A stretch of 64,000 nucleotides of DNA from a virus (IMGVR_UViG_3300035034_000461:8746-72745), one strand, 5' to 3'; shown: positions 45,301 through 55,690, counted from the stretch's first letter. Program-made: numbers and translations. Notes: generated from the letters alone by a model not told the origin.

Positions 45301-47370
45301 AAGGCTGGACTGTTCAATGTTTCGTTGACGAGCTAGAACCTCAACTTGATCAAGCTAGAATTGGGAACTCAATTCTTCGTTTTCCTAAAAGCAAGGATGA
45401 TTTGAGAAAGTTTCTTAAAGAGAATCAGCCCTATTACAAGAAGGAAATAAAAGATCTCGTCGCCTATTTTAGCATAAGATACGGATTGAAATAAAACCAA
45501 GCTCTTAATAATCGCTCGCTCATTAAATTGAGCGAGCCTTTCCGGTGCAACCTGTAAAAACTAGGATAGACTGATACTGCCATGAAGAACATCACAACCC
45601 CTGCACAAGACATCGCACGCCACGCACGCCTTTACGCTGCGTATCAAGATACCATTCGCAATGAGGATGCGGATCAAAACGACTATGACTCAAGAGAGAG
45701 CAAGCACTTCGATTTCTGCCTAAGGGGAAGTTCTAAGAACGACGGGAAGGAATACTTCACCCGCTCTCCCTACGCTACCGTGCAAGCTTGTGGCGGTGGC
45801 TTCATCGTTCACAACGTGCCAACGGGTAAGAATTGGCCTTTCGCTACGTGGGAGGGCGCAATGTCCATGCGTGGTGGCGTGTCCGCACGATATAAACATA
45901 TTGAGACATCAGGAGAGTTCAAGGTTTCCTAAGCTTCTAAGGTTTCCTAACTTGGGCAGTTCCGAGAGAGGGGCGACCATGTCACTTTTTAAAAACTACA
46001 GTAAACTGTAACTACCATGAAACGATTCAATTTCACCGCTAAGGATACCGCCGTAATCAATGAACACATGTCTGCAATCACCAGACGTATTGAGGAGGCG
46101 ACTAATGATTCTCTCGTGGCTATGACTCGGTCTTCCGATCCATCTCAAAGTGATATTTATGAGAAAATTATTGCTATGAACATGAAGCAAGCGAAAAAGG
46201 AAATAAAAATGCTATGCTTTGAAGTTCAATCTTATAAGTAAAATAAGGTTTCCTAACTTGGGCAGTTCCGAGAGAGGGGCGACCATGTCACTTTTTAAAA
46301 ACTACAGTAAACTGTAACTACCATGAAAATGAAATACTCCATCAGAATCACGCACAACGATCCTTCACTAGGCGAACAAGTCTTTTTCTTATCTCACAAC
46401 AATCGCACCGCTTGGGTCATTGCCACGGCTAGGAAACATCTCAGTAGCTATCTAGAAGTATGTGGAAACGATTACACTGCCGTGATTGAAGAAGCCTAAG
46501 ACATTTATAGACTAAACTCACAGACTTTATGAAATAACACCCACCGATTGTAAAAACTAGGATAGACTAAACTCACAGACTTTATGAAATACATCAACAC
46601 CACCCCACACTCCATCTTCGAAGTAGAAACTGGCAGAACATTCCCATCTAGCGAGCATCTTACCCGTGTCAGCGTGTCTAATGAGTTTGTTTCCGTAAGC
46701 GGCGGCGTTCGCCTCTTTAGCACCACATACGGCGTCGTGACTGGTTTGCCAGCAAGCGAGGATGGGGTGCTTTTCATAGTTTCCGCGCTTGTCAAGCTTG
46801 CAGCAAACAAGGAGAAGCGTTTCGACGTGGTTTCTCCCGGCGAGCTTCTACGTGACGAAAATGGCAATCCAGTCGGGTGCAGGGGATTCTCCCTCTAAGA
46901 CTTTATAAAAACTACACTAAACTGATACTACCATGAGCAATACCACACCAGCCACACTCCACACTCTGATTCACTCCTGCGGATCGGTGCAACATGTAAT
47001 GTTGACACCCGAGGATGTTCAATATCTCGTCGGTCTTCAGATCAAAAATGACGAGTTTGCCCCTCAAGAAGTTTACCCTGTATAAAAACTACAGTAAAAT
47101 AATACTACCATGACCACTGAAATTGAAGCATATCAAGATATTAAGAACCGCCGCAGATCCATTACAGCGCGCAACGCCGGCTTGCGTATGGCAGGAAAAG
47201 CAGATCAGCAAAGTGCTTTGCCAGATCTTCCTGCCAAGCCTATGAAGTATCTGTTGACTGATTCAGAGGGCGGTTACTTCGGCATGGAATATGACAAAGA
47301 GACGGCTCATGAGTATGCCGAAGAGCGTGGTTATCTTGTCATAGCTTTGCCTTTCGATAAAGCTATGTAA
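42376..47370 (+). CDS. array of small early hypothetical proteins (42376..42843, 43115..43480, 43601..43870, 43892..44074, 44106..44324, 44358..44540, 44558..44851, 44939..45223, 45267..45494, 45582..45932, 46017..46241, 46323..46499, 46584..46898, 47110..47370)
   Basis: each begins after a promoter element; 43892 and 46323 are paralogs (MKYSIRITHNDPSLGEQVFFL). Confidence 0.65.
45938..46328 (+). repeat. 85-bp perfect direct repeats flanking gene 46017..46241
   Basis: taaggtttcctaac...taaaaactacagtaaactgtaactaccatgaaa at 45938 and 46244. Confidence 0.9.
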
Positions 47371-47381
47371 ATTCTTTATAT

Positions 47382-47421
47382 AAAAACCACATCTTTCCTA
47401 TTAGGAAAGATGTGGTTTTTT
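47382..47421. terminator. perfect 19-bp inverted repeat, bidirectional terminator-like
   Basis: aaaaaccacatctttccta-t-taggaaagatgtggttttt. Confidence 0.8.
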
Positions 47422-47427
47422 GTTGTT

Positions 47428-47830
47428 AGGTATATATATATATATATATATACATAGGGGGAGACATACAATATACTGTTAGGCATACATATGTATGTAT
47501 ATACATATGGGGGGTGGAGTTAGGTATTGCTTATACATATGCCGGGGGTGGAGTTAGGTATTGCTTATATGTATGCCGGGGGGAGATATGCCTTCGATGC
47601 CATGGTATATATATGCATATATATGTATATACATACATATGGGGGGGTGGAGTTAGGTATTGCTTATATATAGGGGAGGGGGGAGGTATGCCTTTGATGC
47701 CATGGCAAAAATTTTTTTGGTAAATTCCCGATAAATTCCAATTGGCAAAAATTTTTTTGCCGAAATTTTTACAGATTTTACCCCAAATTTTTATATAAAT
47801 CTTTACCTCTATACATATCTATATTTTTGG
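47428..47830. repeat. non-coding repeat region (possible origin or terminus)
   Basis: (TA)11, 3x GGGGGTGGAGTTAGGTATTGCTTATA, 2x tatgcctt.gatgccatgg, 2x tggcaaaaatttttttg. Confidence 0.75.
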
Positions 47831-47840
47831 AGTTCATTGG

Positions 47841-48933
47841 TTATTTGGAGATGTCTCGATCAAGATCGGACTGATGCCAGTTGAGGGATAGCAGGGCAAA
47901 CTCAAGAGCCTCTAGTGCGACCCTCTTAGCCCCCGAGTTGGATCTAGCCCCTTTGATCGTAATAGTGTTGCCCGATGGTGTATGTTCTATTGTGACCGCT
48001 GGCAACTGAACTCCTACGTGCTGCCCACCAAATGGTCTTGCATTCGGAGTTGAGATTATAAGTTGAGATTCGTGTATCATTTATCAATAAGTTCGATGTA
48101 AAAGTAATGGTTTATACCGATAGTATTTCCACTTGTCCCATCATATGTCCAATACCAATCGTCCTTTTTCGCCAAGCCATAAATCATATTACTTCTCCGA
48201 TAAGCAAATCCTCTTCCCACCCATTTCTTGCCATCTGGGGCTTCGGGTAGGGATGGCCACCCCTCGGGAATTGGGATACCATTATCTTCGGGTAGCGTTG
48301 GGGGAAGAGTGGTCAAGATTTCTCGGACACGCACTACTTTCCACGAATCCCCCTTCTCAGGAGGACGATCATACTTATGATGTTCACCAACTACAATACC
48401 TTCTTTAAACGATGAATTCCCTTTGGTGCTAACAATGACATCCCACTCCCTTGACTCCACAGGGATTTCTACGAGGTCTTCCAGTGCAGCGGCATAGTAA
48501 TCTCTTCCATTCAATATCAAGGACTTCCCGTTATGTTCCCCGACGATTTCGACAGGCTTTCCATTATGTGTGTATTTTTTCATAATTTATTATATATCTA
48601 TTTTGAGATTATTGTTCCGATGGGTTGCCATGTAGAAGCATGGTAAGTCGTTGGATCGGACGCTTCTTGTGACAGGCGTTCCGCCTTTTTATTTGGGTAA
48701 TTTTCGGAATTCTTATAATTCTCATATTCTATACCACTTAGTTCCGAATCATAACACTCAACTTCCCATGACCTTCTTTTTGGCTTTACCCCTATATATC
48801 CGCCGTCAATATATGTAATAGTCCCCCATTGTTTATATGATAATTTTACAGTAAGATGATCATCATGTTGTAATCTCCTTGGTTGTAGTAATGTTATGGG
48901 TGTCATTATTTCAACCCTATCTCCCTCTTTCAT
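47841..48933 (-). CDS. three hypothetical proteins (47841..48080, 48077..48583, 48598..48933)
   Basis: minus-strand operon; 47841 has GGQHVG...EHTPSG resembling the GGQ domain of release factors/ArfB. Confidence 0.6.
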
Positions 48934-48981
48934 AAGTTGACTTTACCACGACAATATGATAAAGTCAACTTAAATAAGAAA

Positions 48982-50493
48982 ATGCAGCACTTCAAGATGT
49001 TTTATGAAAATATGGAAGATAACTTTTCCGGTAAGTGGGAGGATGCTTTGCGCTCTTCTGAGGAGCTTTCCGTAGCAGTTGATCTCATGGGTAATATGAA
49101 GTCCAAGATCTCGGGAGAGATTTATATAGTGGGGGGAGTTCCCCGCGATCTTTTGATGGGAGGAGAGATTGATGATGTGGATCTGGCAACCAACATGCCC
49201 TTTGAAGAGATTGCCAAACATTTCAAAATTGCCAATATATCTAAGAACGATTCCCAACCTGTGTATGCAATCAAGTGGAAAGATTACACTTACGATCTTG
49301 CCAAGTTCCGTGAGGATTCCGGTGATCTAGGAAGGCAGAATAATGTTTCAAAAGAAACGGACTCCTTTGAATCGGATACATCCAGAAGAGACATATCGAT
49401 CAATGCTTTTGGTATGGATGAAAATGGAACTCTTGTGGATTACCAAGGAGGTATTCAGGATTTGGAAAATAAGATCATCCGTGCTGTGGGAGATGCTAAA
49501 CAGAGATTCAAGGAAGATGCCACTCGTATTCTTCGGGTGTTTCGGTTTGCTGCTAAGATGGACTTTGATATTGAGGAAAAAACCAAAGCTGCTGCCATCG
49601 AACTTAAAGATCTTCTCAGCGACCCCTCTGCGATCTCCATGGAATCCATATCCAAAGAGTTTTATAAATCAGCTAAGTCTGGAAGAACTCTTTCTAACTT
49701 TTTAAAGAAGCTTCAAGACACGGGAATCCTACATGACATTCTACCCGAGTTCACAAGCATGGAAGGATTTGACCACAATCCCGAACACCACCCCGAGGGG
49801 GATTCTCAAGTTCTGGGACATATATATGAATGTCTCAATGTATCTCCCTACAATGATCCTGTGATAAATCTGGCAGTCCTTTTCCACGATTTCGGAAAGG
49901 CTACTACCCGTGGAACAAGCGATTCAGGACATTCCAATTATCATGGACATGAAGGGGCAGGGGTTCCTATTGTTGAAGATATTTTCAACCGTCTTCGATT
50001 CGCTGAATTATCGGCAAATGATAAGAAAAATATATTATTCGCGGTGGATCGTCATATGCTTATTCATAAGTTGGATGATCTTACCATGAAGACCCTAGTC
50101 AAGCTTATCCAAAATCCGGCGTGGGAAGTTGTCAAGGCTGTGGGGTATTGTGATGAAGCTTCGCGTGGATCGGGACATTTTGACGCAAAAGCATTTGAAG
50201 AGAAGATTCAAAGAGCGGAAGAGCGGGTTGCTAAAGTTGGGGGAAATGATCCCAATGCTGGTAGAGAAGTTATCAAAAAATACGTGGATGGTAACAAACT
50301 CATGCAGTGGTTCCCCGCCCTTAAAACCGATAAGAGTAAGTTCAAGGATATTATGTCTGGAATGCAGGAGTATATTATGAACTCTCTGGAACAAGGAACG
50401 GAACCCAACGAAGAAGAGCTTAAAAATATCGGCAATGGGATTTTATCAGAATCGCGGTTTGATATTTTATATAGACGAATCCTTTCTAAATAA
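48982..50493 (+). CDS. cca: CCA-adding enzyme / tRNA nucleotidyltransferase with HD domain
   Basis: VGGVPRD..DDVDLAT, RRDISINA, EDATRILR, LFHDFGK; ATG 5 nt after TAAATA. Confidence 0.9.
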   Translation: MQHFKMFYENMEDNFSGKWEDALRSSEELSVAVDLMGNMKSKISGEIYIVGGVPRDLLMGGEIDDVDLATNMPFEEIAKHFKIANISKNDSQPVYAIKWKDYTYDLAKFREDSGDLGRQNNVSKETDSFESDTSRRDISINAFGMDENGTLVDYQGGIQDLENKIIRAVGDAKQRFKEDATRILRVFRFAAKMDFDIEEKTKAAAIELKDLLSDPSAISMESISKEFYKSAKSGRTLSNFLKKLQDTGILHDILPEFTSMEGFDHNPEHHPEGDSQVLGHIYECLNVSPYNDPVINLAVLFHDFGKATTRGTSDSGHSNYHGHEGAGVPIVEDIFNRLRFAELSANDKKNILFAVDRHMLIHKLDDLTMKTLVKLIQNPAWEVVKAVGYCDEASRGSGHFDAKAFEEKIQRAEERVAKVGGNDPNAGREVIKKYVDGNKLMQWFPALKTDKSKFKDIMSGMQEYIMNSLEQGTEPNEEELKNIGNGILSESRFDILYRRILSK

Positions 50494-50497
50494 CACC

Positions 50498-52525
50498 ATG
50501 CACGAAAATCTTTCTCTTTTATATGAATCTATTCTGATCTCAGAAATGACCGAAAAGGTTGTGAATTACGTTCAAAAACATACAGAGGATCTACCATTTG
50601 ATTCCATATTTGGAGACAAGTTGCGTATTATAATTCCCGTGAAAACATCATCCATTGTTGGGGACATCTTGAATGATCTGAAGAAGATAAATGGGTTCTC
50701 ATCAATTGATCCGATGAAAGGGGAAATCCTTCGGAAAATAAAAATTGATCCTAAGTATGGACAAGGGGAAGAGAAAATCCAAACGGTTAATATCGGAAAG
50801 GCTATTCAATCCCTTAAAATTGATCCTGAGAAGAAAAAGGAATATATGTCTTGGTATGCCAAATATAAGGACTCCTTACCGCAGGAGATGAAGAAGACAT
50901 CCGACCATTCCATTATTTTAACCCGCGCTCCCGTCGATGTTGTGCGTATGAGTGATCACCGGAATATATCCTCATGTCATTCCCAAGGTGATAGTCACTT
51001 TCAATGCGCTGTCCAAGAAGCACTCACAGGAGGAGCGGTTGCATACTTGGTAAATTCCGATACTTTAGAATCATATATCGATAGCGACGATTTCCAAATG
51101 GATGATCTCTTTGATGATAGAGAAAGGGGTAGGAGAGGCTTGGAACCACCCGTGGCTAGGTTGAGGATTCGTAGATATATTATAGACGGGGTGGAATATG
51201 CACTACCAGAAAAACAAATATATGGAAATTTAAAAATCCCCGGATTCTTCAAGTCTGTCAGAGACTTTCTGGATGGAAAGCAGGATCTAGGCTCAATCGA
51301 TTTTAATGAAAAAGATATTGAAATTAGAGGAGGTTCATATGAAGATAATGATTCTCAATATCTCATAAACGCTTACTTCGGCAGAGATTCAGAACGGGGG
51401 GATAATCTGGGGGATATTGATATGGTCGATCAATATGAAGAGGATGATCGTGACATCGATGGGATATATGGATGGGAAGAAGAGATGCATGAGCTTGTAA
51501 GTAATTATGAAAGCAGATTAAACTATGCCTCCGTCGGGGCTGATTACGATAATCATCCTGATGGTGGTGGTGCATATGTAATGGCATGGGGGGAGATAAC
51601 CTTCGATATGTCAGGACACGATCTTCCAGAAGACATTGAGGAATTGGAACAAGCTGAGGCTTATGATATTTATAGGGTTAAAAAATATGATAATGGTGTT
51701 ATGTGGTGGTCTTCTTTTATATCGTCAGTGGATAGTGATTTAACCTCCTTGGGGGATGCAGAATATACTATAAATTTCAATGATCAATATCAACTTACCT
51801 TTTTATATAAAGAAGTTTTATACGATGAAGATTCTTTGGATACTTTTTTCAATAATATAAGATATCTAGATATTTCTTATCAGAAATATGAAGATGATAT
51901 ATACCAATCCATGTTACAATCTCTTCCCGATATGGAAGAGGTTGAGGAAGACGGCATCGAACTGGAAGAGGTTGAGGAAGACGGCATCGAACTGGAAAAA
52001 TTTGATATTGAAGTCGGTTATTCTGCCAGTAAAGCAGAATGCAACATTACGTGTTATACGAAGTCGGAAGATTACGATTTTATGAGAGATTTAGAAAAAC
52101 ATTTCAAATCAATCCCTCCTTATTATGTAAATCGATGTTTTCATAAATTTGTATCTGATATACATAAACCTATTCAAAAATCAGGAGAACAGATGGAATT
52201 CAAAAAATTCTTTGAGTCATTTAATAATTCCTTCGATTTAAATGAATATGTGAGGAGCTTTACCTTATTAAATATAGATTTGAGAGCGGGTTACTTCACG
52301 GTAAAGTTGGAAGTGGTATCACGGTCAAATGATAAGATGTTCATGGAAATATTACAATCCATGGAAGGTAATTTCAAATACGTTGAACTCTTTATATTTT
52401 ATATAATCATGTCCAAATTTTGGGGAGATGTGGATATGAAATCAACATACTCCGATCTTCATAATCAAATGTCACCAGATATGCTAAAGCTTCAAAGGAT
52501 ATTCCTAAAATATAGAAAGTTTTAA
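50498..52525 (+). CDS. large acidic hypothetical protein
   Basis: 675-aa ORF; TAAATA-N5-ATG; internal 30-bp duplication near 51932-51991. Confidence 0.75.
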   Translation: MHENLSLLYESILISEMTEKVVNYVQKHTEDLPFDSIFGDKLRIIIPVKTSSIVGDILNDLKKINGFSSIDPMKGEILRKIKIDPKYGQGEEKIQTVNIGKAIQSLKIDPEKKKEYMSWYAKYKDSLPQEMKKTSDHSIILTRAPVDVVRMSDHRNISSCHSQGDSHFQCAVQEALTGGAVAYLVNSDTLESYIDSDDFQMDDLFDDRERGRRGLEPPVARLRIRRYIIDGVEYALPEKQIYGNLKIPGFFKSVRDFLDGKQDLGSIDFNEKDIEIRGGSYEDNDSQYLINAYFGRDSERGDNLGDIDMVDQYEEDDRDIDGIYGWEEEMHELVSNYESRLNYASVGADYDNHPDGGGAYVMAWGEITFDMSGHDLPEDIEELEQAEAYDIYRVKKYDNGVMWWSSFISSVDSDLTSLGDAEYTINFNDQYQLTFLYKEVLYDEDSLDTFFNNIRYLDISYQKYEDDIYQSMLQSLPDMEEVEEDGIELEEVEEDGIELEKFDIEVGYSASKAECNITCYTKSEDYDFMRDLEKHFKSIPPYYVNRCFHKFVSDIHKPIQKSGEQMEFKKFFESFNNSFDLNEYVRSFTLLNIDLRAGYFTVKLEVVSRSNDKMFMEILQSMEGNFKYVELFIFYIIMSKFWGDVDMKSTYSDLHNQMSPDMLKLQRIFLKYRKF

Positions 52526-53936
52526 CCATTCCCCGAATCTCAAATCAGTATCACAATCCAGATATTTCTTATATCTTAATTGTGAACGAGTTAGCTTAGG
52601 AGGGTCGGGAGATTGTTCTTGAACTTCCCACATACCATCTTTCGTCACCATATAGTATTTCATATCACCATCCTTATCCCAAGATCTATCCCCACGGAAC
52701 ATCATCCCCATATCAACTAACTTTTCACAAATGATCCCATCTGGACTTTTTGGATCAGTGTAGAAATTATTCCTATATTGATTACCTTGTCCATATTGAT
52801 CAACTCCCAAAGAATGTTGGAGGATGTGTAACTCTTCTTTTGTCATTGATCTATTCATAATTATTCTTCTTAAGATTTTCTATATATACAGGAGTTCCCA
52901 TCCAAGCTTCTTTTAAAGCATCAGTCGTGTGATACGAAAAAAGATCCTTCAACATACAACACGCTTCAGGAATTCCATCTTTCAAAGAAAACCAAATTAG
53001 TTGAAGTGGTAGTGTTACTACAAATATAAGAAAGAGTAATATCACCATACCTTTACGAATCCATCCATTTTCCATTTTACAAATTTTCATAATCACGCTC
53101 CAAACATTCCAACAATCCACTCATGGACATCATCATCCTCCAGTTCTCGATAATCAAATAAAGTGTCTTCAATCGCAATTAAAAAATTAGGATTGATGTG
53201 TTCATATTCTTCCTTCGATCTACGTCTGAGAACATTCATCATTTCGTCGTATATGGATTCTTTCATTTCTTCTCTTGAAAAATTATTGGTCGATCTTGGT
53301 CATGCTGCGATGCGAATTCAAAATCGTGTCCGTTAAGCATGAGGTGGTTGACCATAGTTATCGCCAGTATTTTCATGGCAGATGCAGGAATATCTGAGAT
53401 AGACAAATCTCCAATTTGGATTCCATACTCATCCCATTCAATATCTCGATCAGTATATTCCCCCCCGTAAGTAGATATATAATGATCGAGTTCGATGTTG
53501 GTGTCTAATGATATGTTCATGGTAGTCTTTTGATGATTTAAACGAGTCTATTGGAAATCATAATGGTTCCGTCAGATTTTTCTGCCATTTTCTTTATATG
53601 TCTAGCTTCTTTTAAAGAATCTGCGTATTTAAACCCCCAATCGTTTATATAATCACGATACATCCAAATTGAATGTGACCTATTGAAGGTATGTGGATAT
53701 TCCCCATTATTCAAATAGTCCCAAATAGAGTCATCTGACATTTTTTTAAACCTTTTTGGGATACACCACAACCACTTTTCTTCTTTCGCAGCAGCGATCA
53801 GAATAGCCTTACATTCTTCCGCCCTTTTTTTATAATCCTTCCTCGATACTTTGACCTCTTCTTCATATTTTTCCACGGCTTGGATTACATCTCCACAATC
53901 CACCCACATCATTGCACCAATCATATTATCATTCAT
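52505..53936 (-). CDS. hypothetical proteins (52505..52858, 52851..53120, 53263..53520, 53538..53936)
   Basis: minus-strand run starting after a reverse promoter element at 53951. Confidence 0.6.
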
Positions 53937-54468
53937 CGTTTAATTGTAGTCTAGTTTTTATCTCGTCGGGAGATGAATAGACAATCTCATTTGGAATCAC
54001 TTCATACTCCAAACCTTTCATCTTCTCCACGTATTTTTTACCCATCCCTTTAACCAAATATCCAATCGTAACATGGGGGTGGTAATCTGGATAATCACTC
54101 TCGTATGGGAAATTATCCATGAGGCGTTCATTCATATCCTGAATGGTTTTTGAGTCATCCTTCACATCAAATTTGAGAACATCATACTTTTCATTTTCAA
54201 ATAGAGAGGCATTCGCAAGTATGAGAGGTGGAACTTTGAAATCTTCCAATTCCCCCAAAACATCATACCCCTTAACATCAGGATCGAATCCATAGAGCAA
54301 CGTGCAATGTGTTTCATCCTCCAATCCATAGTCATCATCCTCTATGTAAATATCTTCATCATCAATCATATCATGAATCTCCTGCATTTGAGGAAGATTG
54401 AAATACAACATTGCACATCCTTTAGATACGTTTGATCTTTCTAGGAAGAACTTTAAGAATTTTTTCAT
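53929..54468 (-). CDS. 2H phosphoesterase, Acb1/T4 57B-like
   Basis: two HxT motifs: ETHCTLLYG and YPDYHPHVTIGY. Confidence 0.75.
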   Translation of the reverse strand: MKKFLKFFLERSNVSKGCAMLYFNLPQMQEIHDMIDDEDIYIEDDDYGLEDETHCTLLYGFDPDVKGYDVLGELEDFKVPPLILANASLFENEKYDVLKFDVKDDSKTIQDMNERLMDNFPYESDYPDYHPHVTIGYLVKGMGKKYVEKMKGLEYEVIPNEIVYSSPDEIKTRLQLNDE

Positions 54469-54499
54469 CACGTTATTTTAACACTACAATAGTAGAAAA

Positions 54500-54799
54500 T
54501 CAACCAAATAATCTCTCAATTTTTCTATCAATGTTTAACCATTTGATATAATTATCACCATGGCAGGTTTCATTCTCTTTACAGAAACATGCAATGGTCT
54601 TATCTCTTAGATCTTCCACCGCTTCCTGTAGCTCCCGATTGCTGATCAAATATTCCCAATGTTTTTGAATTGCTTCCCTTTTTGTGGAAACTTTAAACGT
54701 GGCTAGAGTGTTATCCTTATATGAGAAAGGATTGCCGTATATACTCGGGCGGCATATACACACATCATGATTCTGTGATATATGAACTCTTTTCGTCAT
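54500..54799 (-). CDS. DUF4326 domain protein
   Basis: RPSIYGNPF, IACFC, CHGD. Confidence 0.8.
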   Translation of the reverse strand: MTKRVHISQNHDVCICRPSIYGNPFSYKDNTLATFKVSTKREAIQKHWEYLISNRELQEAVEDLRDKTIACFCKENETCHGDNYIKWLNIDRKIERLFG

Positions 54800-55112
54800 C
54801 CCCTTTAAAATCTACAGTAATTGTCACATGTGCATCCCAATCTTTAATGGGGTGAGGATTACCCTTGATCGTTTTATGTAATTGTTCTAGCACTTGACGA
54901 GTGATTGCATTCTTTTTATTTTCCCCACAGATCTCATATACGATTGATTTAGCTTCTAAATCATCCAGATCAGAGTATTCATAATACTGGTGAAATTTAT
55001 CCATCCTAGCACTTTTAAATTTTAGCGTGATGTATTGTTTACCGAAATAACCCTCCCATGGTTCTTTGGTAAATTTCCACCCCAACTTTTCATATTTTTC
55101 TTTATCAATCAT
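54765..55112 (-). CDS. hypothetical protein
   Basis: ORF in operon. Confidence 0.55.
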   Translation of the reverse strand: MIDKEKYEKLGWKFTKEPWEGYFGKQYITLKFKSARMDKFHQYYEYSDLDDLEAKSIVYEICGENKKNAITRQVLEQLHKTIKGNPHPIKDWDAHVTITVDFKGDDEKSSYITES

Positions 55113-55690
55113 TTTATATCGTATGTGTATGTATATTTTCCTTTAGTTTTCATATAAAAAGCTTCACCTGATTCTAAGGCATCTTTAACTCTCTTAGCGA
55201 ACGGCTTTAGAACTCCTTTATATTTCGTTCTTATGGTTTTGTCGTGATATGTTCTATCCCCCCACTTGATTATACTCGCCCCTTTGATCTCATCCCCCAT
55301 CTTAAAATTAGAAGCTTTGTATATGGTTCCTTCATGTCCCCATTGTTTATCTGCATAAGATACCACAACACCACACCCCCAATCTTTTTTCAAGAGTCTT
55401 AATGACCTTCCTATAAAGAAAGATTCCGCATTTCTTGGGGTGTCATCCACACAACATAGGCGACGAAGTTCAATAACTTTGGAAGCTTCATCGGAGAATT
55501 TCTTCCACTGATTTGCCATTGCCATCCTACCATAAAACATACCACCCTTCAAATTATCATCTGGGTCATATAAAGCATAGCAGTGATCGGCAATACAGCC
55601 ATTGATAGACTTGGAATAGTGCCAAGTCTCAATGAAATCTCTGATATCGGATCTTTTTATCCTTTTAACTGTCCACCCCTGTAATGCCAT
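55109..55690 (-). CDS. Mom-like GNAT DNA modification enzyme
   Basis: WHYS, ELRRL, NAESFFI, VVSYAD...GHEGTIYKASNF. Confidence 0.75.
   Translation of the reverse strand: MALQGWTVKRIKRSDIRDFIETWHYSKSINGCIADHCYALYDPDDNLKGGMFYGRMAMANQWKKFSDEASKVIELRRLCCVDDTPRNAESFFIGRSLRLLKKDWGCGVVVSYADKQWGHEGTIYKASNFKMGDEIKGASIIKWGDRTYHDKTIRTKYKGVLKPFAKRVKDALESGEAFYMKTKGKYTYTYDIK

Larger units (their letters stand above)
1878..47109 (+). promoter_or_regulatory. dispersed early promoter element TAAAAACTA(G/C)-NN-TANNNT-N6(-9)-ATG, about 70 copies
   Basis: copies at e.g. 1878, 2826, 4764, 11961, 14664, 16369, 18342, 20649, 21150, 21922, 23301, 23523, 24616, 25831, 28410, 28723, 29749, 30077, 30518, 31257, 32456, 32860, 33307, 33636, 34332, 34590, 35607, 37574, 38297, 38939, 39281, 40258, 40720, 41224, 42076, 42349, 43088, 43577, 43868, 44082, 44915, 45555, 45990, 46296, 46906, 47083; reverse copies near 53951, 56577, 61559, 62527. 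Confidence 0.9.

Noticed and set aside
1878-47109. CRISPR array formed by the TAAAAACTAG repeats
   Set aside because: Intervals are whole genes of 100-1000+ bp, the repeats are degenerate, and there are no cas genes.
47514-47723. 69-aa ORF in the repeat region
   Set aside because: Low-complexity translation of non-coding repeats, with no promoter element.
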